Part shown: in pieces, positions 1 through 11,030 of the stretch
Layout: the number at the start of each line of letters is the position of its first letter
How positions within the stretch are numbered: the first letter of the stretch is position 1
Assembly (NCBI GenBank): GCA_977030845.1
Contig: OZ365110.1
Coordinates: 11,408,001 to 11,441,000 of the forward strand
DNA: 33,000 nt
Source: Fimbriosthenelais zetlandica
Lineage: Eukaryota
Direction of reading: 5' to 3'
The notes under the pieces: generated by a model
The model's database searches: none
Told to the model about the DNA's origin: nothing
Seen by the model: the letters and a program-made list of their open reading frames with translations, nothing else
Made by a program: the position numbers and the translations under genes

Positions 1-769
1 GGAAGTTGACTCAATTTATTTCTAATCAAATGAAAGATGAAAGAAACAATCTCTGTCTCTCATAGTGTCTTAGTGCGTGGATCATGTTGTCTGATCATGA
101 GACTATGTGGGTGTGTCATTAGTGGCATTACTACACTGGCATCTCCCGCTCCACTTTAACGAAGGAAAAACTTCTCTGATGAAGAAGAAAAGCGTGAGTT
201 TTTGATGAAGGATCTTTTTGATTGTGTACTCTATAATCATCCTGAGACCGACCACTGGTTCAGAGGAGTTGATCGAAGTTAAAAGCAACCGACCGCACTT
301 GGAGTAGGAACTGTGCGCATCTGCTTTAGTGCGTTATTTTGTTGTTTATTTTGTTGGTTTTTTTCATTTGTCTATGTTGGGGGCGTAATAATTATTACTA
401 GTGGACGTCGAACGGGAACAAACTCTTCGGGTGTAACCTGACCTGACCGATTAAATCAGGGATGGATACTGGAACCGAAGCTATAAGAGGGGTAGGCCCG
501 GAGGTCAACGCCCCATCTCGGAGACGTTAGCAATAATAATAGATGTTGTCTAGTTGATTGTCATATCAGTGGTGGGTGGAGGATACGTGAAGATCAAGAT
601 TTCCATAGGGTTTAAATAACTATATATGCCAACGAATATTATTTTTGTTGGCAAGCCCTCAAAAGAGGGAAACAAATTTATATGACCAATTCATTAATCA
701 ATGTCTATGGGCTATTATAACATTCAGTTTTTAGACAGACCTTGCTCTCGCCAATTGTAGTGTAAGTAA

Positions 770-1036
770 AGGCCTAGACACACCGGGCGCGACAAGCTTG
801 GCCAATTATTATTTTTCGTGCAAAAATCTGATTTTAGATATTGTCGCAAGTGACTCACTGTGTTTGGCTTTGAGTAGGCGACAAGCGGATTTCTCAGCGA
901 ATTAGTGCTTAATTAGGCGCCAATGTTAGGGTCATAAAAAGTTAATTAGGTCATGTCGCTGACAATTTTGTCGCCTCGTGGACACGGGCCATTAGGCCAG
1001 GCTTGAAGCTTGTCGCTCGGCGGTGTGTCTAGGCCT
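770..1036. mobile_element. MITE-like non-autonomous DNA transposon with 16-bp perfect TIR
   Basis: AGGCCTAGACACACCG (770-785) is the exact reverse complement of CGGTGTGTCTAGGCCT (1021-1036). The subterminal motif GCGACAAGC/TTGTCGC recurs inside (789, 841, 878, 968, 1008). No coding capacity. Confidence 0.8.
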
Positions 1037-3637
1037 ATGGGCTCAGTTTAAAAGGTTAGCATAGACTATTATAATGTAGCAATTCTCTGCGACAAGCGAC
1101 AAGCTTCAAGCCTGGTCTAAGGGATTCTTGCTGTACAGGAATAATTAGACACCTTCACCAAACACCTGCAGTGAGTCTTAATTCACCAAACTATACAATG
1201 GATATAGAATTTCAGAAAACATTTTTATAGCCTCAAAATTAATTCTTGGATCGGTCTTGGGTAACGGGTGTAATTATTACTTGAAGACTACATGACACTG
1301 TTGCAGACTTCCAGTGCGGAGACCCGGGGAGAAGTTGATGTATGGATTGAGCTGAAAAAAAATATCTCCTCCATATCCCTCAAGTGGAGGACTCCTCTTT
1401 TTTTGTAAACTTTCATTAGGCAGCATTAGGCTGTCATTGAGAATGGTGCGTAATATATGGGCGATAGGCTGACAATGCTCAATCATCTATACTGCTATAC
1501 AGTGTGCTATCATATGGAAAAGATTTACATCCAAAATAGAACAGAACTTAGGTTGTAGTCAGTATATTGGTTCTTCAGGACTGCGTCCACAATGTTTATT
1601 TACAGAGAGTCATTTTTATTTTTAGCTATTATCTGAAGACCGAAATGTAAGGATATTGTGAGGAATTTTATTTGCAACTTACAATTTACGATTTGCAATT
1701 TACAAAATTTGGCACATGTATATTTGGTGTAAAAACAAATATTAGGGCATATATTTTGTTTTGACGAAAGTCGTGAATTAAGGTCAATCCAATTAGTAAA
1801 CAGGCACAGTCGAAGAATCCGGATAGGAATGTGTACAGTACTTACATGCAGCCTTCCAAGACTTTGGACAGGATTGTTAAAACGCTATTTATTCGTTCAG
1901 CCTTGATCCCCAACATTATGTGGTGAAATGTTAAAGGTTCCCCTTTGGAAAATCTTAATTCCTTTGGCGAAATCAATATTTGTTAAAAAGTCTCGTGAAT
2001 GTTTGAAAGCTAATGACTGAGAGAAGCATCTTGCCATCAAGGAACAACGTCTACTGTGTTCCTACAGATTAAGGCACCTTGTTTTGTTAACCTCCCCTTG
2101 GAAAAACAGACCACTGCCTACTTCAAAGACTTCCTTATATCTGGCCTATACATCTTTCATTAACTGGCAAAGCGAAGTATTCACAATAATTATTAATCAC
2201 TATTACGTTACTGCAGAGAAGGGTCCACACCATTCCAATGCCCCAGACCCACTTATAAACTTAGTAACCTACATGTAGCTGAACGAAAGATGGAAAAATT
2301 GGCAAAATCACTTTGATCACCCAATGGTTTATAAGCCTTATTTTTAATGTTAATTTATTATTATGCAAATTTTACATCTATCAGTTTGATGGGTCTGACA
2401 GTTGGCTGGCATTTCTCGGATTGGTGCATGGTAGGCTCTATAAGTCTACCAAATCAGCCATTTAAATTTCGTGAAGAAAGCGTTTCTAGCTATGTTGACC
2501 ATATCATGCATGGTTCTGGAAAGCATCAGTTACCTTTGATTGCCTTTCATTGGGATTGCATATCCCGACATCTTCCATTAATCAGAGTTTGCCGTGCAGG
2601 CCCAGTGCTTATCCATGTTGACATCTCCCCTAATGAAAATAAACCATGGGGTTTTGATGTTTCTGCCGCCCGGTGATGTTTCTCTATCTAAAATGCAAGC
2701 AGACCAGGGAGCTGGTGTCACGCAGTGTTTGAGGTATGGCTACGTGGAGCTTGGAGGTAAATGAGGTCTTGGAATTAATACTCTTGTCAAATAAGGACAC
2801 AACAAGGATCCATGGGCCGGGGTCAAATTGAGAGAAATCTGATCATTGAAGACCCCGCCAGAATACCATTCAATGACCGAATTGTCCTTATAAGGGATTT
2901 CCATGCACGCCCACCAAACCAGAGGCGAATATATAGTCGGTTGGTAAAAGACTGATAGTGATTTCCTGACAGACGCCAACCAACCAATCTTGCAGTTTTC
3001 TATACCATTCCAAAAAGATTACATTAAAAATATTAAGACAATAAGGTCGATACTGATTCGAAAACGTGTAGAGCATAAAAATATTTGCCAGAATTTTTAT
3101 ATAATGTCGTGTACCTTAATGTACATAATGCCTTTGCTCCCACTGTTTGCAATACTATATAATACATTCTTCCCAGTAACATCTAGTAAAAAGTCTTATT
3201 CCTCTGCTCATCACATCAATTGCTTGCATCAATGTAAAAATGAATAAAAGAAAACAAAGAAACAAGAGAGTTTAGAATAAAAATGCAACAGCAGCTGCAA
3301 CATAATCGGGTCTGGCCATAAAAATCCTTATGTCACTTTGCTCCAACTGACATTTATTTTTCTCATATTAAACATTCATAATGGTAAAGGGCATTTTAAA
3401 ATAAGCTCTTTTAATACGGCTGCCGCTTAAAATGCCTTCCTTTCTTCCGAGTATGACGATTATCGTCGAAGGTTTGTAGTTTGCAAAATGGGTTGTTTAT
3501 TGTTCTTTTTACAATCATTTTATTTTTAAGGTTAAAGATACTGCTGTAAGAAAGTTAACAGTCATGAATAACATTAGCCTACACCAAGCCGATAGATGGA
3601 AATAGGCCTATCACCCGATGATTCATCAAGCTTATTA

Positions 3638-3930
3638 TGCCCGAGTCACACTGTGTCGACATTGACACCGATTGACATAATGATAAAGATCAACATCGAA
3701 CCATTCATGAGTGTTACAACTGGGTCACTCTTTTGTCAGTTATCAGTAACATTTTGCCTTATTTGTCAGTAAATTTTAGGTTCATTTGTCGCTTGAGGGG
3801 ATAGTAAGTACATAAAATATAATGTATGTTCGTAAGATGCCCTCATGAATGAATGTTTATACAATCCTTTATCGTGTGTCCATCGATGTCAATGTCGGCA
3901 CAGTGTCAGTGTCACAGTGTGACTCGGGCA
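3638..3930. mobile_element. MITE-like element with 18-bp perfect TIR and longer imperfect inverted arms
   Basis: TGCCCGAGTCACACTGTG (3638-3655) pairs with CACAGTGTGACTCGGGCA (3913-3930). Imperfect complementarity continues inward (CGACATTGACA..CGAT.GACA...GATAAAG...CATTCATGAG). TA lies at or 1 nt from both ends. Confidence 0.8.
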
Positions 3931-4754
3931 CTATGAAACGGCAGATCTGGGACTCGAAAAATGTGACTGTAAGAGACTGTTTCAAAACAAATATTATTAG
4001 TATTGCTAATATTCCTTTTGACACCAAGGTGACGCTACAATACAGTATTTATATAGATTACATGGGAAAGAGGTTGATATGGGACATTAACGAGGCATTT
4101 TTCCCTTTAACTTTAGACTTCCCAATTGTCGGTTTGTTTGTTTTGATATGAAAAGTAGATATCTGCCGAAACTGATGGTCGGTTGGCTGGCGTCTACCGG
4201 CTTGGTGTGTGAGGACCTATTAATGCATAATAAGATTCAATAGATATCATTACATGATTTTGATAGATTGATAGGAGCATAAAATGCCTACTGAAATAGG
4301 TAGGTATTTGACATTAATGGCACAATAACAGTATGTCTGCACAGTAATATGGGGTCTTTATTGCATTTTATCATCATAGCCTATCATTACAAAACGTTCT
4401 GGCCTCTTTGTCTTGGAAAGGTTACTACCCCAACATCCCTCATGGACATAAAATGCATCTATTACAGAGATAAAAATATGGTATGTATAGTGTGATATGT
4501 CAGGGTCTAAACTTTAGATTATAAGGTTGACTCTATGATAGTCTCTATAATAGTTTCTTCTTTCATATTTAATGGAATTGGATGACCTAATAAATCAATG
4601 TCAAGGTCAATCAAAATGGCGGTGCCGCACGGTCGTCAAGCAAGCTAAAGCAAGTCAACCCAATGTCATGCAGCTCTAAGGTAGATCTATTTCGGTAATT
4701 TCTTTTTTAAAACACAAAAAATATCATTTAAGACCGTAGGGACCATGTAATAAA

Positions 4755-4862
4755 AACAAAATTTCAGGGATGGGGAGAACTCGATGAAAACACATGCCGT
4801 CAACGGCTGCGCCGTTTCGGGCAGTATTTTCATCTCGTTCACCCCATCCCTGAAGTTTTGTT
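4755..4862. repeat. 108-nt imperfect palindrome (foldback hairpin)
   Basis: Outer arms 4755-4775 and 4842-4862 match 20/21; pairing continues through GATGAAAA/TTTTCATC to a central ACGG-CTGCG-CCGT stem-loop. Confidence 0.85.
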
Positions 4863-5224
4863 ATAATATATACTGTTTAAAATATGTTATCCACAGAAGG
4901 AGTCTGGTAACATTGTGGTCGAATTTCATGAAAACCCACAATAATTATAATCGATGGAGCAAAATTAATGAAATGAAATTCAACATTAATTTTTTAATGG
5001 TCTGTCTGTAAAAAATAATAGATGCGAAAATGGGGAAATTGTATTTTACGTTTCAAGCATAGATCTATGTTTTTGAGTGATATTACACGTGTATACATGT
5101 CTTTTGATTCATCTTTTTACATTTGCTGTAAGCTATAGTTCCATGCCAAATGCGACCTTTGCAGCTTGAGTCTGTTTCATAACCATAGGCTAAAGCATTG
5201 GGCTGAGTAGGTTTAGGAAATGTG

Positions 5225-5735
5225 AATAGGGTTGATGGGTTGGGTGGCTTCAGGAATTTCAGTGTAGTTCAAAGGGGCCCCAGTACCTTTTCACACTTGC
5301 GGCCCTGGTGGTTATACTTTACAGCTCTCTAGTTCAAATTTTGGGATCAGACCGCAAGAAATCATGTGGATTGAACAAGTTCAAAATAAGGCGGCCCTTA
5401 AATTTGTAATGGGAGAGACCAGCCGTAATATGACCGTAAGAACCGCATTGACCGCAAGAGCCGCAGAACAGTAGAACCACAACATAATATAGCTGCAAGA
5501 TCAAAGCCCTGTCATAAATTTGCAGGCATTGTCTTGCACGTGCATTTGGATTGCGCGATTAAGAGAAACTTTCCTTATGAATGAGCAAATTTTGGGGGAT
5601 CCTGTCAAGTTGAGGATAAAAGAAGAACTTTGGTAACATTATATAAAAATATTACCAGGGTACACCCTTTACTGTTCTTGTCATGTATATATAAAATAAA
5701 TAGGGTTGTTGGGTCGGGTGGCTTCCGGAATTTCA
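5225..5735 (+). repeat. 37-bp direct repeat pair (5225-5261 and 5699-5735)
   Basis: AATAGGGTTGATGGGTTGGGTGGCTTCAGGAATTTCA versus AATAGGGTTGTTGGGTCGGGTGGCTTCCGGAATTTCA, 34/37 identical. Confidence 0.8.
5283..5470. mobile_element. truncated non-autonomous DNA transposon fragment
   Basis: Begins GTACCTTTTCACACTTGCGGCCCT and carries dispersed ACCG(C/T)AAGA sub-repeats (about 5351, 5433, 5451), as typical of MITE subtermini. No partner TIR found. Confidence 0.4.
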
Positions 5736-5761
5736 AAGGGAAACTCAGCTCTTGTATTTAC

Positions 5762-5848
5762 CTTGTGAGGTTCGAACCAAGGGAGGAAGCTAACTTCTTA
5801 TCAAGAATACTGTCATGTATGGCTTTTAAAAGTCTGGAGAATTTCCAC
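5762..5848 (-). CDS. candidate internal exon (WKFSRLLKAIHDSILDKKLASSLGSNLT), product unknown
   Basis: AG acceptor, AAG|GTAAAT donor, 87 nt, single open frame (phase 2 to 2). Pyrimidine tract weak; protein not recognised. Confidence 0.2.
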
Positions 5849-6005
5849 CTGTATTCAGTTGAACGTTCAATAAATATTAGGCCTAGATACACATATAGGT
5901 GTGTTAATATAAGGAAAACTTAAATGCTTCAGGTTTGACAAAGTTTCTCATTGCATTGGGCATCGTGTGACCATCGTATAACCATACATTGTTCACACGA
6001 TGGTT

Positions 6006-6300
6006 TAAGATGCCCTCACGAATGCCCAGGTGTTTACACGATGCTAAATCGTGTGTCTATCAGCTTTCAAAATCGGAGACGGAAAATTTCTATCTGCGGA
6101 CTGTTATCCCGCTGAACAATCTGTTCAGGATTATGTTCGCTCAACACTACGGATTCACAATGGATGACCCATCTCCACATAAATTTCAGGGGATATACTA
6201 CGCGGATGGTGAACGGATATCTTATTTACCAGGGGGACTCCACTGTTGTGGCTTGCCGTCCTTGCAACTATCCATTGACTATCCGCGGACAACCAGTCTC
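6006..6300. mobile_element. degenerate repeat related to the 3638-3930 element
   Basis: 6006-6061 shares TAAGATGCCCTCA.GAATG and ATCGTGTGTC.ATC with 3833-3884; recurring GCGGA(T/C)/ATCCGC motifs follow. Confidence 0.35.
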
Positions 6301-6761
6301 ACCCCATCATACTCTGCTCTGTGGAGCAGCTAAATGTATACTAAAACTGCTAGTAGACCTATTCAGACCTACTGACATGCTTTAGAATTGGGATCGAAGA
6401 TAACAAAGCTGCGACTTTGCATCAACCTGCACACATAAATGCTATGTCATAACTAATACAAAACACTTTAATAAAGTTCATTCCAATCGAGTAATTTATG
6501 TGTTAGTAATTGCCTAATCCAGCAATCCGTGGCCTAATTTCGAACTTTTAATTTCGAATAATTATTGCTATGTTCATCACAATCAACACATCTTATTGCA
6601 GCTTTCAACATTTTTTAACATTTTAGTGTTCACCTGCATGTGTAAAACTAGAGGAAATGTAATATTAGTGGGGTTCAAATTGAAAATGTCACCGTAACTA
6701 TCCATTTCATTTTTATGTCTGACATTCAACGGAGTTCTCTGTAAATGTCCACTTACGTTAG

Positions 6762-6831
6762 GACTCAGGAGTCCTTTGGGTGGAAATGAGACCTCAAAGA
6801 ATGCAATAGATTCTTTTGTCATTGGATTGCG
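6762..6831 (+). CDS. candidate internal exon (LRSPLGGNETSKNAIDSFVIGL), product unknown
   Basis: TTACGTTAG acceptor, strong GCG|GTGAGT donor, only one open frame (phase 1 to 2). Confidence 0.25.
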
Positions 6832-7419
6832 GTGAGTTCAGGGAGGCCCGTTTCATAAGCTGTATGGAGTTATTTTAGGAGTCTCGTACGGGTCTCGTGA
6901 CCATAGTAAAGAGTGCGTCCATGCCATGCAGTTCCATTGTTCATTCGATTCTTTCCCGATGACCTCTTACTCTTAGAGTAAAACAGAATGTCCCAAGGGG
7001 ATCGATGTACTTCGAGAGGTATACCAGGGCACACGTTTTGGTTGCCTAAAAGCACATCGTGAGAGGCGTCATATTTTAAATATTATTATATCTGTGAAAA
7101 CTAACCCTTTGAGCAGTTCAACAGCCTGCAATCTTGTAAACAAGTGAAAAACTCTAATGGCGTCATATCGTCAACAAAAATGACGTTAACAACATGACGT
7201 TGCTTGGTTACATCAGTACATCCCACGAGGTGTAGCTTTGACTTTTTTTCCCCAACTCACTATTGGTCAACCATAACATTGAAGGGAAATAATTGTGTTA
7301 GGCATATATATATATAGATATTATATATATATCAATTGTTTCAAGCCCAACACTTGCTGTCAACTCATGGGGTGCCCACACTTTTGATCCTTTTGGTAGT
7401 ATTGTGTGATTATTATCTA

Positions 7420-8010
7420 TTGTTCTTCGTCCGAATGACGTCAAATTCATTGTAAAACAACCCTCGATTACCTTATGGGATGAAAATTCCAGTCTCCTGC
7501 ATCAATACATTTTTACGGGTTTTATATATGAAACGCGTCCGAGGACTAGGTTATGTGTGTATGGACTAGTTAGAAGACAAAAGCAGGAAATGGCACGAGG
7601 TCAGTGGATAAACATGGCGACACTTGTCACCTCTGTGAAACGCTTCAACGGGAACATCTCAGCCTGTGGGAACAAGTCCCACAGGTTTTAACCATGACTG
7701 GCTTCAAACAATCGACAATCTATACTGACCTTGACCCTGTCTCTTCTCTTTCCTCTGACCTTGGCGCCTCTTCCATTGAGGATCGATGTCCTGTGATCTA
7801 TACGCTCCGTCCGTGACAGGTCCTCTTTTTCGGTTTCGCTAGAGACATCCAGAGGGCGCCAAGAAGAATACACACATGCGCATTTATGGCCGATGCGTGG
7901 TGTCCTTCCGGTTTACAAGCTGTCACAGCGGCTCTGATTGGTTCGATATGAATGGCGGGAGCTCACAGGCTTAATATAAGGGTCGGACATAAATCCGGCT
8001 CGGATGGCCA
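7420..8010. promoter_or_regulatory. CpG-rich promoter-like region, possibly bidirectional
   Basis: Visibly more CpG than the flanks. Contains full CRE TGACGTCA (7436-7443), YY1/Kozak-like AACATGGCG (7611-7619), NRF1-like ATGCGCAT (7876-7883), ETS-like CTTCCGGT (7905-7912) and reverse CCAAT box ATTGG (7937-7941). Confidence 0.5.
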
Positions 8011-8518
8011 TAGAAGAGTAATGCTAAACCACAAAGCACTTCCACCAGTTGATTTATATGTCATCGCATCCCACATCCTAACATGCACGTGTCCACCATT
8101 TCTCACTGAGCCTTTCTTTAAGACACTAAATGACAGCTCGACTTGCACTCTTCTAAAGGTTTTATCTTTCGTTGATGTATTTTCAGGACCACGCCCAATA
8201 TGGTATTAACATTTCTTTCCACCCTTCAAGTGTCTTACTATCTTTGACATCCATTGTGCTTTGAGGAAGCTTTAGTGATAACCGACATATAAGATTATTA
8301 TAGGCTACATCAACATGCATTGAAGAAGACACTTTCATTGAATATCTTGTACATAAGATACTTTTAGACTGCTAATTCTTGCGGTTGTGTGAAGTCCTAT
8401 GTCATGTCTCTCAGCCCATTTTCATGGTTTTATATGCAGTGGAGACACTTGCATGTTCCTATATATATATATAGGAGAATTATGGCGTGGATACAATTAT
8501 CCCCTCCTCAGGTGCACC

Positions 8519-8591
8519 CAGGGGCCTGTTTCAAAAGGAATATTAGCAGTGCTAAGTCTATGGCTAATATTCCCTTTGAAACAGGCTCCTG
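8519..8591. mobile_element. 73-bp mini-MITE made almost entirely of TIR
   Basis: CAGGGGCCTGTTTCAAAAGGAATATTAGC (8519-8547) pairs with GCTAATATTCCCTTTGAAACAGGCTCCTG (8563-8591), 27/29, 15-nt spacer. Related copies occur elsewhere in the window. Confidence 0.75.
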
Positions 8592-8934
8592 ATGGTACCC
8601 CATGCTTTACTAGTTTCACTAGTTTCAAATAGGCTAATCTGAAATGTTGCCCACATTTATGAAGGCCTATGAGTCAAAAGAAGTCCATTTCAAAACAAAC
8701 AATTGGCAATGTTCAGTCAATGGGCATGTTTGTGTTGAAATGGGCCTCAATCACATCTGAGAAACATAGGTGTTTGGTAAAAGGGAAAATGAAAGTGGAT
8801 GAACTTTCGGTATGTTTCAACGAAATGTTAATCCTACTGAGTCAGGATTAGGACATTTAACCAGAATGTGCAGCTTCAAAGATAAACCTAGCCAAGGGCT
8901 GTATTAACTTATATAAAAGTATTTTGCCATTCAG

Positions 8935-8990
8935 GACAAGCTTTCACCAACTCAAACTTTCTCGTAACTTTCTACTAACTCGAGAACAAG
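8935..8990 (+). CDS. candidate internal exon (TSFHQLKLSRNFLLTREQ), product unknown
   Basis: TTTTGCCATTCAG acceptor, AAG|GTATAA donor, single open frame (phase 2 to 1). Confidence 0.25.
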
Positions 8991-9395
8991 GTATAAAAAG
9001 AGATCCATGTGGGTCTTTTCAGATACCTTTCCAGTTCTTCGCTTCAATTTTTTCATTTTTTTTTTTGAATTAATGGACGTCTACCGAAAATGTACTACAT
9101 GATCCCTATCGCTGGATGGGTATAAAAAAACTTATTCGGAGGATGCCTTCCTACTAATGATTAAAAAAGTATGTACAGTATCTTTCGTATACATCATCCT
9201 ATTATCATAGTCTTTCCTTTTGTCTCTATTGTCAATACCAGAACACGTGTTGCATTGTTTAATCGTTCTCACAATTAAACAATAAAGTTAATATTTAACA
9301 ATGCACTATTCAACAGTTGAGAATGCGAGCAGGTGCCTGCCGACTAGGCTTACTGACACCCCTTATAGGGCCTGTCTCCTAAAAAAAGGCATGAC

Positions 9396-9500
9396 ATAAT
9401 TATTAACCAATGTGATTAAAAGTATATACTGATAAAAATGATGTAAAAATGTGATAAAAAGTATATATATATACTTTTCATCACATTGGTTAATAATTAT
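9396..9500. repeat. 33-bp AT-rich inverted repeat with an internal partial direct copy
   Basis: ATAATTATTAACCAATGTGATTAAAAGTATATA (9396-9428) matches the reverse complement of 9468-9500 at 32/33. The spacer holds AATGTGATAAAAAGTATATA again. Confidence 0.85.
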
Positions 9501-10046
9501 AGCATATTGTAGCTGGCATATATTTAAAAACGAGTCCCATTATAGACCAATTATAGACTAATTTGTTTTGCTGTTGCACATAGACGTATTTCAAAAGATA
9601 TTCCTGAAATACATGAACAACTCAATATTTTACACATACCTAGTTTATTGAATCCATAATGAAGACAATAACCCCGATAATATCTAACATGTATTGTTTG
9701 AAAATGAAATCCATGTGCCCAGTGGATGACATTAGAATCTTGGAAATTGGAGGTGCGATTCATAATTCAGTACATCCATTAGTTTCCCATGCCAGCAATT
9801 AGCAGACTGGGACTAAACTCTCGCCGATTTGTTGTCATTCATTCCATTCTAATCGGAAAACACACTCGCATTATAATGAAAAGCATGCTCTTAAGACTAA
9901 TTGGTTTGTGTGTAATTAATAAATTTCCATTATTCTCAGCTCGTAAACATTAACTGGATTACATGAATGCGTCAAATTCTGAATAGCATTCAGCAAGGTG
10001 CATGGATGCTACAAGTTTTAACCCATGTCTCTCTCGTGGTAATTAG

Positions 10047-10098
10047 TGCACCCAAAATACCAAGAACTTCGAGCACATGGAGCCCGTTGTGAAATTAG
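10047..10098 (+). CDS. candidate internal exon (HPKYQELRAHGARCEI), product unknown
   Basis: AG acceptor after a CT-rich stretch, TAG|GTACAG donor, phase 1 to 2, compatible with 8935-8990. Confidence 0.2.
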
Positions 10099-10168
10099 GT
10101 ACAGGAGTTAGGTCTACATGAACTGCAATTTCCATTCAATAAGATAGTAAGTAATACAAACTACACTG

Positions 10169-10210
10169 TATGTGAAAGAACGATCATACTCTATGTGAAA
10201 GAACGATCAT
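10169..10210. repeat. short tandem duplication, period 23
   Basis: TATGTGAAAGAACGATCAT at 10169 and 10192. Confidence 0.85.
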
Positions 10211-10699
10211 GGAACAGATATATACAATATTGTGCATCTTCAGCAGAAATGGTTAAACAGGACCCAGAATTTAACCGCTTTTTGTTACACAAGGATTGAA
10301 TCTTTTATTTTGATAAACTGGAGCTAGAATATAAATCTCTCGCATACAGTAATATAATTTTAATGGTTTAGTTAAAATGTTCTCTTTCCACAATGAAAAA
10401 TAATGCCGCAATTATATTAGTGACATAATTATTGTAGTGAGATGAATAGATGAGTAGGATTAATGAGGATGACTTGTAAAATACATGACATACGTAGATT
10501 TACAAAAAATCAATGTTAACAGTCATTATGTATACAATTGTATGATAAATACTAAATGCATAGAAACAAAAGACGATTGAGAAAGTACTTTCTGTATAAT
10601 ATATACTCTTTTATGAAGAATTACTATGTGGTCCAAGAATGAGACATGATAAGCAAATTATTTATATTTTTTACTTAATTCATGTCTTAATTTATGTCA

Positions 10700-11030
10700 G
10701 GACAGAGCTGAAATAGAGGCGATAGAGAGAGAAAGTATTAGGGGGAGGGAGAGGGATGGAAGGACAGTGCTGACAGAGATGGATAGAGTGAGATGGACTG
10801 ATATAGTGGCATATGGAGGGAGGACAGATAAAGAATAGTCCGTGACAGCAATTAAAGATGAAAGGGAAAATAAAATATTCATAGAAGAGGAAAAGGTAGA
10901 ATGAAACAGAGGAAGCAAAAGAAAGACAATGAAATAGAGAAAAAGAAACGAAGATAGAACAACAGCTGGTGCAAGTAAAAGATGGAATGTTAGAGATAAA
11001 GAGAGACAGAAAGAGATCAAGAAACCTCTG
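10700..11030. repeat. GA-rich low-complexity tract
   Basis: Strongly purine-biased + strand (GAGAGAGAAAG, GGGGGAGGGAGAGGG); explains the Leu/Ser-rich antisense ORF 10697-11143. Confidence 0.8.

Noticed and set aside
386-400. AATTATTAC resembling a CRESS-DNA virus origin nonamer
   Set aside because: Not canonical, no convincing GC stem around it, and no recognisable Rep motifs nearby.
1846-1953. - strand frame FSKGEPLTFHHIMLGIKAERINSVLTILSKVLEGC ending at a GTAAGT donor
   Set aside because: The in-frame acceptors are poor, the good upstream acceptors lead to stops, and the peptide is unrecognised.
2535-2630. - strand segment with good acceptor and AAG|GTAACT donor and an in-frame TGA (possible selenocysteine)
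   Set aside because: All three frames contain stops; no selenoprotein motif or SECIS evident. Could only be UTR or non-coding.
7963-8148. ORF containing HVRMWDAMT, superficially WD40/EML-like
   Set aside because: Only a short WD word matches; no repeat context, no convincing splice sites, and it lies in the promoter-like region.
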